The translations under genes were made by a program, and so were the position numbers. A DNA stretch of 64,000 nucleotides. Source: Azolla caroliniana (Eukaryota > Plantae > Polypodiophyta). This document shows, piece after piece, positions 1 through 12,267 of this stretch (positions are counted from its first letter, which is position 1; each line of letters begins with the position of its first letter). The notes under the pieces are model-generated. The model was not told the DNA's origin. It ran no database searches and saw nothing but the letters and a program-made list of their open reading frames with translations. The stretch covers positions 14,818,001 to 14,882,000 of the forward strand of contig JBHGNT010000011.1 of assembly GCA_043228905.1 (NCBI GenBank). Reading direction: 5' to 3'.

Positions 1-1
1 A

Positions 2-3000
2 TTGGAAGTACCTCTTGCTGATGAGGTCCTAGCGCTACTCCTGCTCGGTTCCCTCCCGGATAGCTGGGAGACGTTGGTTGTCACTTTGGGCAACGCCGGT
101 CCGGAAGGAAAACGGTTATCCCTAGCAAGAGTAAAGTCGAGCTTGCTAGATGAGGAGGCTCGTCGGAAAGACAAAGATACGAGCTCCGACTCCAAAGCGC
201 TCCTTACCGAATCGGAACGCGGAAGACATAGAAACCGTAGTCCCCAGAACCGGGAGAAGTCGGGGACACGGTCAAAGTCAAGGGGGAGGCCTACTTGCTT
301 CTATTGCGGCAAGCCGGGACACTTCCAAAAGAACTGTCGGCATTTCCGTAAAGACAAGGAAACTGACGGTACCGATTCGAAGCAAACCCCGAACCGGAAC
401 GGTAAAGACCGGAACGGTAAAGATCGGAGGGGGCCGGACCGGAAGGGAACGACGGCAATTGCGGCAAGTGAAGAGGAGTTGATGCTCATCACCGAGGAGA
501 GTGAGATAAACCATGCCGGCGACGAGATGACCTGGGTGGTAGACTCTGGAGCGTCGTTCCACCTTACCCCGGACCGGAAATGCTTCTCATCCTACTCAGC
601 CGGTGATCACGGCTGTGTCCGGATGGGGAATGAAGGAACATGCCGAATTGTCGGCATAGGAGACGTGTGGCTGACAACACCAATCGGATGCAAGTTGCTG
701 TTGAAGGATGTCCGACACGTTCCGGAAGTTCGTTTGAACCTGATATCAGCCGGTCGGCTGGATGATGAAGGCTACACGGGTAGCATCCGGAACGGTGTCA
801 TGAAGTTCAGCAAAGGGAGCCTGATTGTGGCTCGGGCCCGGAAGGTAAACACACTGTACCTGATGAATGCCCGGTTATGTCCGGAAGAAGTGAACGTGGC
901 TTCCGACACTTCCGGTGAGCTGTGGCACAAGAGGCTATGTCACATGAGTGAGAAGGGGATGAAGAGGCTTGCAGACGAGAACCTCATTCTAGTGAAGAAC
1001 GTGCATTTAGAGAAGTGCACTGATTGTCTGGCCGGTAAGCAGAACCGGACCTCCTTCCGACCAAGGCCACCGATGAGACGTAATGCACCACTGGAGTTGG
1101 TGCATACGGATGTTTGTCAAGTAGACACGAAGTCACATGCCGGAGCGCAGTACTTCGTGACGTTCATAGATGACCACAGCCGGAAGCTGTGGGCCACACC
1201 GCTGAAGACGAAGGATCAGGTGTTATCCGTCTTCAAAGAGCTCCACGCAAGAGTGGAAAGAGAAACCGGCCGGAAGCTGAAGGCGGTTCGAGCAGATAAC
1301 GGAGGTGAGTACCGGGGGCAGTTCGAGGAGTACTGCCGCTCGAAGGGAATCCAACTCGAATTTACCGTGCCGAAGACGCCGGAACTAAACGGACTGGCCG
1401 AGAGGATGAACCGGACCATAATGGAGAGGGTCCGGAGTATGCTAGCTCATGCAAAACTACCCAAGAAGTTTTGGGCTGAGGCACTGTCGACGGCGACATA
1501 TGTGATAAACAGATCACCCTCAGTACCCTTGGACGGAGACACTCCACAGAGAGTATGGACCGGTAAGGAAGTGTCCTACCGGCATCTGAGGGTGTTCGGG
1601 TGTCTCGCGTACGTGCATGTAGCAAAGGACCGGAGAGGAAAGTTAGATCCAAAGACCCGGCCATGCATATTCCTCGGTTACGGTGACGATGAGTTCGGCT
1701 ACTGAGTGTGGGACCCGGTCGACAAGAAGGTATTCCGGAGTCGAGATATTATCTTCATGGAGGACAAGACGCTCGCCGACTGGGAGTCGGAGAAGAAGAT
1801 AATGAACTCCGAGTCGACCGGTAAGGATAGACTCTACAATGAGCAGACCCAACCGGCAAGAGACCGGTTAGCACTCGAGGAACCAGCCGGTTACGGTGAG
1901 GATACCGAACCGGCAGAAGCCGAAGTAGAGGAAGCTGAGACCGGAACCGGTCAAGACCCCAAATCGGATTCGGATGAAGAGCAAATGGAGGAACCGATTA
2001 CCGAAGCCTGAAGACGTAGATATCCTCTCAGAGAGAGAAGGGCGCCCCGGAGATTTCCGGATGCAGAGCATGTCCTGCTGACCGATGAAGGGGAGCCGGA
2101 AAGCTTCGAAGAAGCGAAGGTTGACACCCACAACCGAAAATGGTTAAGTGCCATGCAGGATGAGATGGATTCCCTGCATGAGAACCATACGTACGAATTG
2201 GTGGAGTTGCCGAAAGGAAAGCGGGCACTCCGAAACAAGTGGGTGTTCAAGTTGAAACCGGGAGATGCCGGCAACCCCCCGAGATACAAAGCCAGGATCG
2301 TGGTGAAGGGGTTCCAGCAAAAGAAGGGCGTGGACTTCGACGAAATATTCGCCCCGGTAGTAAAGATGACCTCCATCCGGATGGTGCTGAGTATAGCAGC
2401 AAGCATGGACCTCGAGGTAGAGCAGCTGGACGTGAAGACGACATTCCTTCATGGCGACCTCGAAGAGGAGATCTACATGCAGCAACCGGAAGGATTTGTG
2501 GAGAGAGGGAAGGAGCACCTGGTATGCCGGTTGAAGAAGAGCCTGTACGGACTGAAGCAGGCTCCCCGGCAATGGTACCGGAAGTTCGACTCCTTCATGA
2601 CCGATCAAGGGTACCATAAGACGCAGGCCGATCACTGCGTGTTCGTGAAGAAGTTCGAAGGAGGGGACTTCCTGATACTCCTCCTGTACGTGGATGACAT
2701 GTTGATCGTCGGACGAGACCAAGGCAAAATACGGATGCTGAAGAAGGCTCTCAACCGGACCTTCTCAATGAAAGACTTGGGTCCAGCAAGACAAATGTTG
2801 GGGATGCACATCATTCGGGACCGGTCAGTGAAGCAATTATGGCTGTCACAGGAGAAGTATGTAACAAAGGTGCTTCACCGGTTCAACATGTCAGATGCAA
2901 AACCGGTCGGATCGACACTTCCGGCAAACTGCAAGTTGTCCGGCAAGCAAAGCCCGAAGACAAAAGGAGAGAAGGCAGATATGATGAAGATCCCATATGC

Positions 3001-3664
3001 CTCTGCCGTCGGGAGCTTGATGTATGCAATGGTTTGTACCCGACCGGACATTGGATACGCAGTCGGAGTGGTGAGCCGGTTCATGAGTAATCCCGGCAAG
3101 GAGCATTGGAACGCGGTCAAATGGATACTCCGGTATTTGAAGGGCACTTCAAATATGTGTCTCCGATTCGGCTCCGGGAAACCTCAACTGGACGGTTTCA
3201 CCGATTCGGACATGTCGGCTGATGTGGATACCAGCCGGTCTACATCCGGATATGTGATGACATATGCAGGGGGAGCTGTTTCGTGGCAGTCAAGGCTGCA
3301 GAAGATGGTTGCATTGTCAACCACAGAGGCGGAGTACATGGCGGCTGTAGAAGCCGGCAAGGAAATATTATGGATGAAGGACTTCATCGGAGAGCTCGGT
3401 ATCCGACAAGAGGAATACCGACTCTACTGCGACAGTCAAAGTGCCATCCACCTTGCTAAGAATGCGGCCTACCATTCCCGGACGAAGCATATCCAGCGGA
3501 GGTATCACTGGACCCGGGAAAGGGTAGATGACCAGGAGTTCGCACTGGCGAAGATTCACACGGCCGAGAACGGGTCAGATATGCTGACCAAAGTGCTGAC
3601 ACCCGACAAGCTGGACGCATGTCGGAAGAGGATCGGGCTGGAAAGACACCCCATGCCGGAGTGA
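2..3664 (+). pseudogene. copia A gag-pol, single frame with two premature TGA stops (1703-1705, 2009-2011)
   Basis: ORFs 2..1705, 1706..2011 and 2153..3664 share one frame; domain order PR-INT-RT-RH. Confidence 0.93.
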
Positions 3665-3674
3665 AGGGGGAGTT

Positions 3675-4320
3675 TGTTGGTAGACAGGTCCCTCCGGATG
3701 GGAAGTGAGAAGAACAGTGCCGACGAACAAACTCGGCCGAGGCCGAAACGGTATGAACCGGATGAGGAGTACCCGACTGCGGAGAGTCGGATGGTGTAGG
3801 CCCGGTATGAACCGGATGAGGAGTACCCGACTGCGGAGAGCCGGATGGGGAGTACCCGATTGCGGAGAGCCGGATGGAGCCCATCGAGGCTACATTTGTA
3901 AATAGCCGAAAAGTCATATTAGTATAAATATGACTTAGGGCAAACTTTTAGTTATAGTTGTCGTTCTTGTTGTTATTCTTTTGTTGTGGTGCAGAAGAAG
4001 AAATCAGAGCGCGTAACTGTACAGAGAGAGAGAGAGAGAGAGACGAGGTCGTTGCCTCTGTTGTAACCGCCGCCTGTGGCGAAGATCTGAGAGCACGAGG
4101 TCGTTGCCTCAGTGATCTCACTGTTGTATATTTCTACATAGTGACAGTTTGCAGCTTGCGGGCTGCCGTGGTTTTTCCCCTATTTTGGGGTTTTCCACGT
4201 ATACCTCATGTGTACCATTTCTCCTCTTTTGTGTCGCGTTTCATTACCTGTTTTTCTGTGTATGAAAAGAATCTCGGTTGTGGCCGAGCGTCGGACATAA
4301 GGAACGTCGAGTTCTCAACA
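3675..4320 (+). repeat. 3' LTR of copia A (646 bp, TGTTG...CAACA)
   Basis: Follows the PPT; TATAAAT near 3923; (AG)n tract; highly similar to 53626-54601. Confidence 0.93.
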
Positions 4321-4570
4321 TCACATGCATCATATGCATGAGAGCATCTATAAAAGAGGGAAGGGGGAGGAGAAAAAATACGGTTTTTTTTTATGAAAAT
4401 TAAGAAGAAGAATTTCGTTATCAAATCAATCGTGTAATCTCATCTTCTCTCTTTCCCAATCTATCTTAAGTACTTTCTCGCCAAAGCTTGTATCGACTCT
4501 AAATCCTTCTTGTCCAGAACCTCGGCGGTTCCGCCTCACGATCCGTGCGTAGTGACGGATCTTCACGATA
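4321..4570 (+). repeat. 3' end of a gypsy-family LTR (family C), interrupted by copia A and itself inserted in copia B
   Basis: Reverse complement of 62583-62898; ends GATCTTCACGATA; right flank GCGT. Confidence 0.88.
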
Positions 4571-7356
4571 GCGTAGCTCTCCGGCTCACGCACTTCTGTC
4601 ACTTTAGTCATGTACGCATAATGATGCGCCATGTATTCATTGTACCCACCCGTACCGCATGACAGGATCCTTCTGGCGGGTTGATCGGCGCAACACACCG
4701 TCACCTGATTTGAGGCCCTTCTTGGCCAGTTCGGTCTTCGTTGCTGAAGATCCGCCTTTCTCCTTTCCGGAGTCGGATACGCACCGATCCGACTCATCGT
4801 TGCCGGTTTCGAATTCCGACATCTTCCTCTTCCCCTTCTCTTTGCGCGTGAACCGTTTCCTCGGTTCCTTGCGCGGGGAGAGCACGACAGAGTCTGCACC
4901 ACTTGCCGTCTCTTCATCCGACTGGTCCAACCGACTCAATCGCTCGTTCGGTCCACTCAACCATAACGATTCTGGACTCTCATCTTGAGTCCCGGCTTCA
5001 TCATCCTCTGCCAGGGCTGATTCAGGCTCACTGGCCTGATCTTCCGGCATTGGGTCGGGATCGGAAGTCGGAGTCGGTACGGAGTACCAGGATGCCGATT
5101 CATCGAACTCGACATCCTGGCTAACTCGGACTTCCTTCGTCCGGGGGTTATAGCACTTATACCCCTTTTGCTCTTGAGCATAGCCGACTAGGATGCATTT
5201 TTCCGATTTTGCATCCAGCTTTCTCCGCTTCTGATCCGGCACATGCACATACGCTATGCTGCCGAATATCCGAAGGTGTCTTAAGTTCGGCTTACGCCCG
5301 AAATACAGCTCATGTGCTGACACCTTGTCACCAATGCGGTTTTGTATGTAGACGACCGTCTGGACCGCCTCCGCCCAGTAGAACCGGGGCATGCTCTTCT
5401 CCTCCAGCATTGCCCTTGCCGCTTCGACGAGTGTCCGGTTCTTCCTTTCGGCCACACCGTTTTGCTCCGGTGTGTATCTGCAGCTGAACTCTCGCCGAAT
5501 TCCCTTCTGCTGCAGATAAGTAGTGAATTGGCCGGAAAAATATTCCTTTCCGCCATCGGACCGAAGGCATTTGATCTTCCTCTCCGATTCCCGTTCCACC
5601 ATCTTCTGGAGGCTCCAGAAACAGTCGAAGACTTCGCTCTTCCGCTCAATGAGGTAGATCCAAGTATATCGAGTATAGTGGTCGATGAAGAAGACGAAGT
5701 ACCGGCTCCCGCCAAGGCTTACACTTTGTGCCGGTCCCCACACATCCGAATGGATGAGATCGAGCATGTTACGGCTCCGGTTCCGTTCGGTGGGGAATGG
5801 AAGCTGGTGTTGCTTCCCAAGCTGGCAGGCTTCACAAATTTTGGCTCTCCGGCTGCTGATCTTCGGCAAACCGACAACGACTTGTTTCGTTTGCAGGTCT
5901 TGAAGCCTCCGGTAGTTGACGTGGCCTATCCGCTTGTGCCACTGGTCGATGTCCGACTCGACCTTCTGTCGATTCGCGAACAGAGCGGTGCCAAAGTCAT
6001 TGGTGTTGAGGATAAACATCCTCCCGTCTCTGCGCCCTTGCGCAATGACTTCGCCCTCATCCTCAATGAAGCACCCGAGGTGCGTAAACCGCACCTGCAT
6101 CCCCTGGTCGACAATCTGACCGACGGACACTAGGTTCTTCGTGATTGTCGGAACGTGTAATACGTTCATCAGCTTCCCTTTCTGTCCGACGTGGCTTAGA
6201 GGGACTTCTTCGACGTGCACGATTGGGTGAGGAGTGTCGTCTCCGGTTTCGACTACTCCTGGTTGATCCGGTTTCTCCAGAAAGGAGAACCACTCTTTGT
6301 GGCTCGTCATGTGGTTTGACGTGCCGGAATCAACATACCACACTTCCTCCATTTTGGAAGTGGTCTTCTTCATTGAGTTTGCCCTTTGATTCATCACCAA
6401 GGCTGGCCCCTTACCGGCCTTTCCGGTTCCGGATCCTCCTGATCCGTTTGCGTAGTGCGAGTTTTGTCGGCCACCCTTACCGGTCTTGCCGGATCCGGAT
6501 TTGTCCGAATCGGCACGCTTTCTCCAGCACTCGCTTTCCCTGTGGCCTTTATTGCCACAAAACCAGCATTCCGTAGCGGATTTGTCTTGCCGACCTCCGG
6601 CACCACCTTGACTCCCCCTACTTGTGGAAGTCCCGGAACTGCTGTCGCCACACTCATAGTGCCTTTGTTCCTGCTCTTGCCGGCCGCCTCCATTGCGTGC
6701 CGACCCACCTCTTCCACCACGCCCACGGAGCCGATCCGTTCCCGTGTACAACATTTGGCTGTCCGGGGATGCACTAGTAGATGCACCGGCGTGGTTCTCC
6801 TCTACAAGGAGCATCGACTGTAAGTCGAAGAATGAGGGGGTATTCACCCTTGTACACACCGCAGTCCGGAACGCTCCAAATTTGGATGCTAGGCCTCCGA
6901 GACATACTTGCACCATCTCTTCTTCCTCTATGGTAACATTGATAGAGGCGAGCGAGTCGCAGATTTCCTTTATCCGACCCGTGTAGTTTGCCACGGACAT
7001 GTTCTTCTATCGAACATTGCTCAACTCCTGTCTGAGTTGCAGCTTCCGGGCAGTGGTGCTTGCGGCGAAAACCTTTTTCTGGTTCCCCAAGCATCCTTCG
7101 GTGTCTTGGTGTCACGGATGTGGCTGAGCAGCTGATCGCTGACACTGGATGCGAAGCAGTACATCACCCTGCTTGCCGCCTGTTCCCATATCGGGAAGTC
7201 CTTGTGTGCTGAGTCGGGCGCCGCATCATTCGCTCGTTCAACATAACTCCAGTACCCGTGTCCAAGCAGGTACTGGTGCATCTTGTAAGACCAGGATGCG
7301 TAGTTGCTCCTGTCGAGCTTCTCCACCGGGAGCGACGTAGCCATGCCTCTATCCAT
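4571..7356 (-). pseudogene. copia B gag-PR-INT, frameshifted near 7075 and 4645
   Basis: ORFs 7021..7356 and 4637..7000 plus a YNEYMAHHYAYM continuation in another frame. Confidence 0.88.
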
Positions 7357-7438
7357 GTCTTCTACTGTGTCTGTTTTCGACCTGTTAGGGTTTTCTTTTC
7401 AAGAGTAAATATCTACAGCAGAGGTTCTCAACCCTTGC

Positions 7439-7450
7439 GCTCTGATACCA
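7439..7450 (-). other. primer binding site, tRNA-iMet (TGGTATCAGAGC)
   Basis: Directly abuts the LTR CA end. Confidence 0.92.
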
Positions 7451-7489
7451 TGAGAATGTAAGTGTTTGCGGAAGCGTAAAACAGAGAAC

Positions 7490-7529
<40 letters not shown>

Positions 7530-7857
7530 AGAACACAATTTCAAAATTATATCAAAACTCTGTACACACACTGTGCTAAGTAACACTATTTATACAAGTC
7601 CTCTTGGGACTGACAGAAGTACCATGTACTTCAATGCTCACACGAGCATCTAACACTTACTACGAGACTATAGCTACCTAGTAGTCTATCCTATACTAGG
7701 CTTCCGATTGGACTTACGGTTACGGATTGCACCCGGCCTCCACTGCTTGCCGGTTCGGTTGCTCACCGTAATACCGATCCGTTTCGCCCGATCCGTCTCG
7801 CTTACCGGCTCCGGCTTATTCAACCGATCCGGCTCCGGTTGAGCTTGCCGCTCAACA
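7451..7857 (-). repeat. 5' LTR of copia B (407 bp)
   Basis: TGTTGAG...TCTCA termini on the minus strand; related to 29503-29934 and 56662-57081. Confidence 0.9.
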
Positions 7858-7970
7858 CCTGCCTCGCTAACAACCCACTCTATGCCCCCAAGTCTTCGTA
7901 AGGGGTATAAAATCTGGCGGTAAGAGAAACAATGGCCTAGAAGATGACAGCAGATTTGCCACGCCTTTCG

Positions 7971-8042
7971 CGCCTATGCCGAGGATCGAACCCGGGTCAC
8001 CCGCGTGGCAAGCGGGAATAATCACCACTATACTAAAACGAC
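7971..8042 (-). pseudogene. tRNA-Asp-derived copy 1, anticodon mutated to GCC
   Basis: 7 differences from consensus, acceptor stem broken. Confidence 0.85.
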
Positions 8043-8332
8043 ATGTTGGTGTTGGAGGAAGTGTAGTATAGTGGTGACTACTACTTGTTCGGATCATGTA
8101 CCGGAATGTCGAAAACATGGCCCGCTGTCGTCCCCAATACATGGTACATGACGATGTTCGTTCGTATATGAACTGGAATACCCATGTGTGCACTTGGACG
8201 AGATCATGGTAATATGTACCCTGCCTCGCTGACGACCCACTGTATGCCCTCAAGTCTTTGTAAGGGGTATAAAATCTAGCAGTAAGAGAAAGAATGGCCT
8301 AGAAGATGACAGGAGATTTGCTCCGCCCTTTG

Positions 8333-8404
8333 CACCGTTGTCGGGTATCGAACCCGGGTCACCTGCGTGACAGGCGGGAATACTCACCACTATACTACAA
8401 CGAC
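8333..8404 (-). tRNA. tRNA-Asp(GTC) copy 2, stem mismatches (possible pseudogene)
   Basis: 4 differences from consensus. Confidence 0.6.
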
Positions 8405-8686
8405 ATGTCGGTGTTAGAGAAAGTACTCTCTGTACTACTGGCTCGAACCATGTAATGGAATGTCGAAAACATGGCCCAGTTTCGTCGCAAATACATGTTA
8501 TGCGAAGAAGTTCGTCCGCATATAAAATGCAATACCGAAGTGTGCACTCGGACTGGATCATGGTAGTATGGACCCTCTCTCGTTGACAACCCACTGTACG
8601 CCCCCAAGTGTTTGAAAGGGATAGAGAATCCAACGGAACGAGCAACAATGCCCTAGAAGATGACAGGAGATTTGCCCCGTCCTTCA

Positions 8687-8740
8687 CGCCGTTGCCGGGG
8701 ATCGAACCCGGGTCCATACTCACTACTATACTACAACGAC
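8687..8740 (-). pseudogene. tRNA-Asp copy 3 lacking the anticodon arm (18-nt deletion)
   Basis: 54 nt; acceptor, D and T arms retained. Confidence 0.9.
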
Positions 8741-9018
8741 ATGTCGGTGTTGGAGAAAGTATCCTTTGTACTACTGGCTCGTACCATGTACTGGAATGTC
8801 GAAAACATGACCCGATTTCGTCGCAAATACATGTTATGCGAAGATGTTCGTCCACATATGATCTGCAATACCCATGTGTGCACTCAAACTGGATCATGGT
8901 AGTATGGACCCTCTATCGTTGACAACCCACCGCCCCCAAGTGTTTGAAAGGGATAGAGAATCCAACAGAGTGAGCCACAATGTCCTAGAACATGACAATA
9001 GATTTTCCCCGTCCTTCA

Positions 9019-9090
9019 CGCCGTTCACGGGGATCGAACCCGGGTCACGCACGTGACAGGCGGGAATACTCACCACTATACTATAACGAC
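9019..9090 (-). pseudogene. tRNA-Asp(GTC) copy 4, degenerate
   Basis: 5 differences from consensus. Confidence 0.75.
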
Positions 9091-9319
9091 ATGTTCGTGT
9101 TGGAGGATGTATCCTCTATACTACTTGCTACGACCATGGATCAGAATGTCGAAAATATAGCTTGGTTTCGTCGCCAATGCATGTTATGTGACGATGTTCA
9201 TCTGCATATGAACTGCAATTCGCATGTTTGCACTGGGACGAGATCATGGTAATATAGAGATTCCCACGGACCGAGATAGAATGCCCTCGAAGATGACATC
9301 AGATTTGCCACGCCTTTCG

Positions 9320-9391
9320 CGCCTATGCCGGGGATCGAACCCGGGTCACCCGCATGACAGGAGGGAATACTCACCACTATACTACAATGAC
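9320..9391 (-). pseudogene. tRNA-Asp(GTC) copy 5, degenerate
   Basis: 5 differences, acceptor stem broken. Confidence 0.75.
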
Positions 9392-9680
9392 ATGTTGGTG
9401 TTGGAGGAAGTGTAGTATAGTGGTGAGTACTACTTGTTCGGATCATGTACCGGAATGTCAAAAACATGGCCCGGTGTCGCCCCAATACATGGTACGTGAC
9501 GATGTTTGTTCGCATATGAACTGGAATACCCATGTGTGCACTTGGACGAGATCATGGTAATATGTACCCTGCCTCGCTGATGACCCACTGTATGCCCCCA
9601 AGTCTTCGTAAGGGGTATAAAATATGGTGCTAAGAGAAAGAATGGCCTAGAAGATGATAGGAGATTTTCCCCGCCCTTCG

Positions 9681-9752
9681 CACTGTTGCCGGGGATCGAA
9701 CCTAGGTCACCCGCGTGACAGGCGGGAATACTCACCACTAGACTACAACGAC
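9681..9752 (-). pseudogene. tRNA-Asp(GTC) copy 6, degenerate
   Basis: 5 differences from consensus. Confidence 0.7.
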
Positions 9753-10034
9753 ATGTCGATGTTAGAAAATGTACCCTCTGTACTACTGGGTCGAACCATG
9801 TAATGGAATGTCCAAAACATGGCCCAGTTTCGTAGCAAATACATGTTATGCGAAGATGTTCGTCCACATATGAACTGCAACACCCAGGTGTGCACTCGGA
9901 CTGGATCATGGTAGTATGTACGTTCTCTCGTTGACAACCCACTATACGCCCCCAAGTGTTTGAAAAGGATAAAGAATCCAACGGAACGAGCAACAATGCC
10001 CTAGAAGATGACAGGAGATTTGCCCCATCCTTCA

Positions 10035-10106
10035 CGTCGTTGCCGGGAATCGAACCCGGGTCACCCGCGTGACAGGCGGGAATACTCACCACTATACTAC
10101 AACGAC
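10035..10106 (-). tRNA. tRNA-Asp(GTC) copy 7, intact cloverleaf
   Basis: 2 tolerated changes (G71A gives a U-A pair; C60T). Confidence 0.9.
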
Positions 10107-10388
10107 ATGAAGGTGTTGGAGAAAGTATCCTCTGTACTACTGGCTCGGACCACGTACTGGAATGTCGAAAACATGGCCCGGTTTCGTCGCAAATACATGT
10201 TATGCGAAGCTGTTCGTCCACATATGAACTGCAATACCCATGTATGCACTCGGACTGGATCATGGTAGTATGGACCCTCTCTCGTTGACAACCCACTGTA
10301 CGCCCCCAAGTGTTTGAAAGGGATAGAGAATCCAACAGAGCGAGCAACAATGCCCTAGAACATTACAGGAGATTTGCCCCGTCCTTCA

Positions 10389-10460
10389 CGCCATTGCCGG
10401 GGATCGAACCCGTGTCACCCGTGTGATAGGCGGGAATACTCAGTAGTATACTACAACGAC
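10389..10460 (-). pseudogene. tRNA-Asp copy 8, anticodon ATC, degenerate
   Basis: 7 differences including the D-loop GG. Confidence 0.85.
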
Positions 10461-10780
10461 ATATGGTGTTGGAAGAAGTATCCCCTATACTACTTGCTGG
10501 AATGTACCGGAATGTTCAAAATATAGCCCGGTTTCGTCGCAGATACATGTTTTGCGTATATGTTCGTCCGTATATAAACTCGGACGAGATCATATGCGGA
10601 CGAACATATGATCATGTGTTCGTCCGAGTTCATATGTCCACTCGGACGAGATCATGGTAGTGTAGCCCCTCGCTAACTGACAACCCTATGTATGCCACCA
10701 AGTGTTTGAAAGGGATAGCGAATCCAACGGAGCAAGAAAGAATGCCCTAGAACATGAGAGGAGATTCTCCCCGTCCTTCG

Positions 10781-10852
10781 CGCCGTTGCCGGGGATCGAA
10801 CCCAAGTCACCCGCGTGACAGGCGGGAATACTCACCAGTATACTACAACGAC
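10781..10852 (-). tRNA. tRNA-Asp(GTC) copy 9
   Basis: 3 differences (two G-U pairs in the T stem, G15C). Confidence 0.65.
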
Positions 10853-11133
10853 ATGTTGGTGTTGGAGGATATATCCTCGTACTACTTTCTCCGACCATGT
10901 AATGGAAAGTCGAAAATATAGGCCGGTTTCGTCGCAAATGTATGTTATGTGACGATGGTCGTCCGCATATGAACTGGAATACCCATGTGTGCACTCGGAC
11001 GAGATCATGGTAATATAGTCCCCCCCTCGCTGACGACCCATTGTACGCCCCTAAGTGTTTTAAAGGGATAGAGAATCCAACGGACCGAGAAAGAATGCCC
11101 TCGAAGATGCCATGAGATTTGCCACGCCTTTCG

Positions 11134-11205
11134 CGCCTATGTTGGGGATCGAACCCGGGTCACCCGCATGACAGGCGAGAATACTCACCACTATACTACA
11201 ATGAC
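11134..11205 (-). pseudogene. tRNA-Asp(GTC) copy 10, degenerate
   Basis: 7 differences from consensus. Confidence 0.8.
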
Positions 11206-11495
11206 ACGTTGGTGTTGGACGAAGTATAGTATAGTGGTGAGTACGACGTGTTCGGATCATGTACCGGAATGTCGAAAACATGGCCCGGTGTCGTCGCCAA
11301 TACATGGTACGTGACGATGTTCGTTCGCATATGAACTGGAGTACCCATGTGTGCACTCGGACGAGATCATGGTAATGTAGTCCCTCCCTCGTTGTTGACC
11401 CACTGTACGCCCCTAAGTGTTTTAAAGGGATAGATAATCCAATGGACCGAGAAATAATGCCCTCGAAGATGACATGAGATTTGCCACGCCCTTCG

Positions 11496-11567
11496 CGCCA
11501 TTGTCGGGGATCGAACCCAGGTCACCCGTGTGACAGGCGGGAATACTCACGACTATACTACAACGAC
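11496..11567 (-). pseudogene. tRNA-Asp(GTC) copy 11, degenerate
   Basis: 5 differences from consensus. Confidence 0.7.
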
Positions 11568-11846
11568 ATGTTGGTGCTGGAAAAAGTATCCCCTATACTA
11601 CTTGCTCGAATGTACGGGAATGTTGAAAACATAGCCCGGTTTTGTCGCAAATACATGTTTTGCGAATATGTTCGTCCGCCTATGAACTGTAATACCCATG
11701 TGTGCATTCGGACGAGATAATGGTAGTGTAGACCCTCGCTCACTGACAACCCACTGTATGCCACCAAGTGTTTGAAAGGGATGGCGAATCCAACGGAGCA
11801 GGCAAGAATGCCCTAGAAGATGAATGGAGATTCTCCCCGTCCTTCG

Positions 11847-11918
11847 CGCCGTTGCCGGGGATTGAACCCGGGTCACCCGCGTGACAGGCGGGAATACTCA
11901 CCACTATACTACAACGAC
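11847..11918 (-). tRNA. tRNA-Asp(GTC) copy 12, intact
   Basis: Single tolerated change G57A. Confidence 0.92.
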
Positions 11919-12195
11919 ATGTTGGTGTCGTGAGGATATATCCTATGTACTACTTTCACCGACCTGGAACGTTGAAAATATAGGCCGGTTTCGTTGCCAA
12001 TGTATGGTATGTGACGATGTTCGTCCGCATATAAACTGGAATACCCATGTGTGCACTCGGACGAGATCATGGTAATATAGTCCCTCCCTCGTTGTTGACC
12101 CACTGTACGCCCCTAACTGTTTTAAAGAGATAGAGAATCCAATGGACCGAGAAAGAATGCCCTCGAAGATGACATGAGATTGGCCACGCACTTCG

Positions 12196-12267
12196 CGCCA
12201 TTGTCGAGGATCGAACCCAGGTCACCCGTGTGATAGGCGGGAATACTCACCACTATACTACAACGAC
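12196..12267 (-). pseudogene. tRNA-Asp copy 13, anticodon ATC
   Basis: 6 differences from consensus. Confidence 0.75.

Larger units (their letters stand above)
1..4320 (+). mobile_element. Ty1/copia LTR retrotransposon A (Tnt1/Tork-like), 5' part outside window
   Basis: gag zinc knuckle CFYCGKPGHFQKNC, protease DSGAS, GAG-pre-integrase, integrase, RT YVDD, RNase H; PPT GAAGGGGGAG 3663-3672; 3' LTR 3675-4320. Confidence 0.97.
4571..7857 (-). mobile_element. Ty1/copia element B (5' LTR, gag, PR, INT), cut off just before RT by the nested insertions
   Basis: LTR 7451-7857, iMet PBS, gag MDRGMATSLPVEKLDRSNYASW, CWFCGNKGH knuckle, DSGTS, LIHSDVWGP integrase; breaks at EPESYA. Confidence 0.95.

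Noticed and set aside
1703-1705. Same TGA in copia A and J (43192-43194) as programmed readthrough
   Set aside because: Copy H has CAA at this codon, so all three are best explained by independent CpG decay of CGA (Arg)
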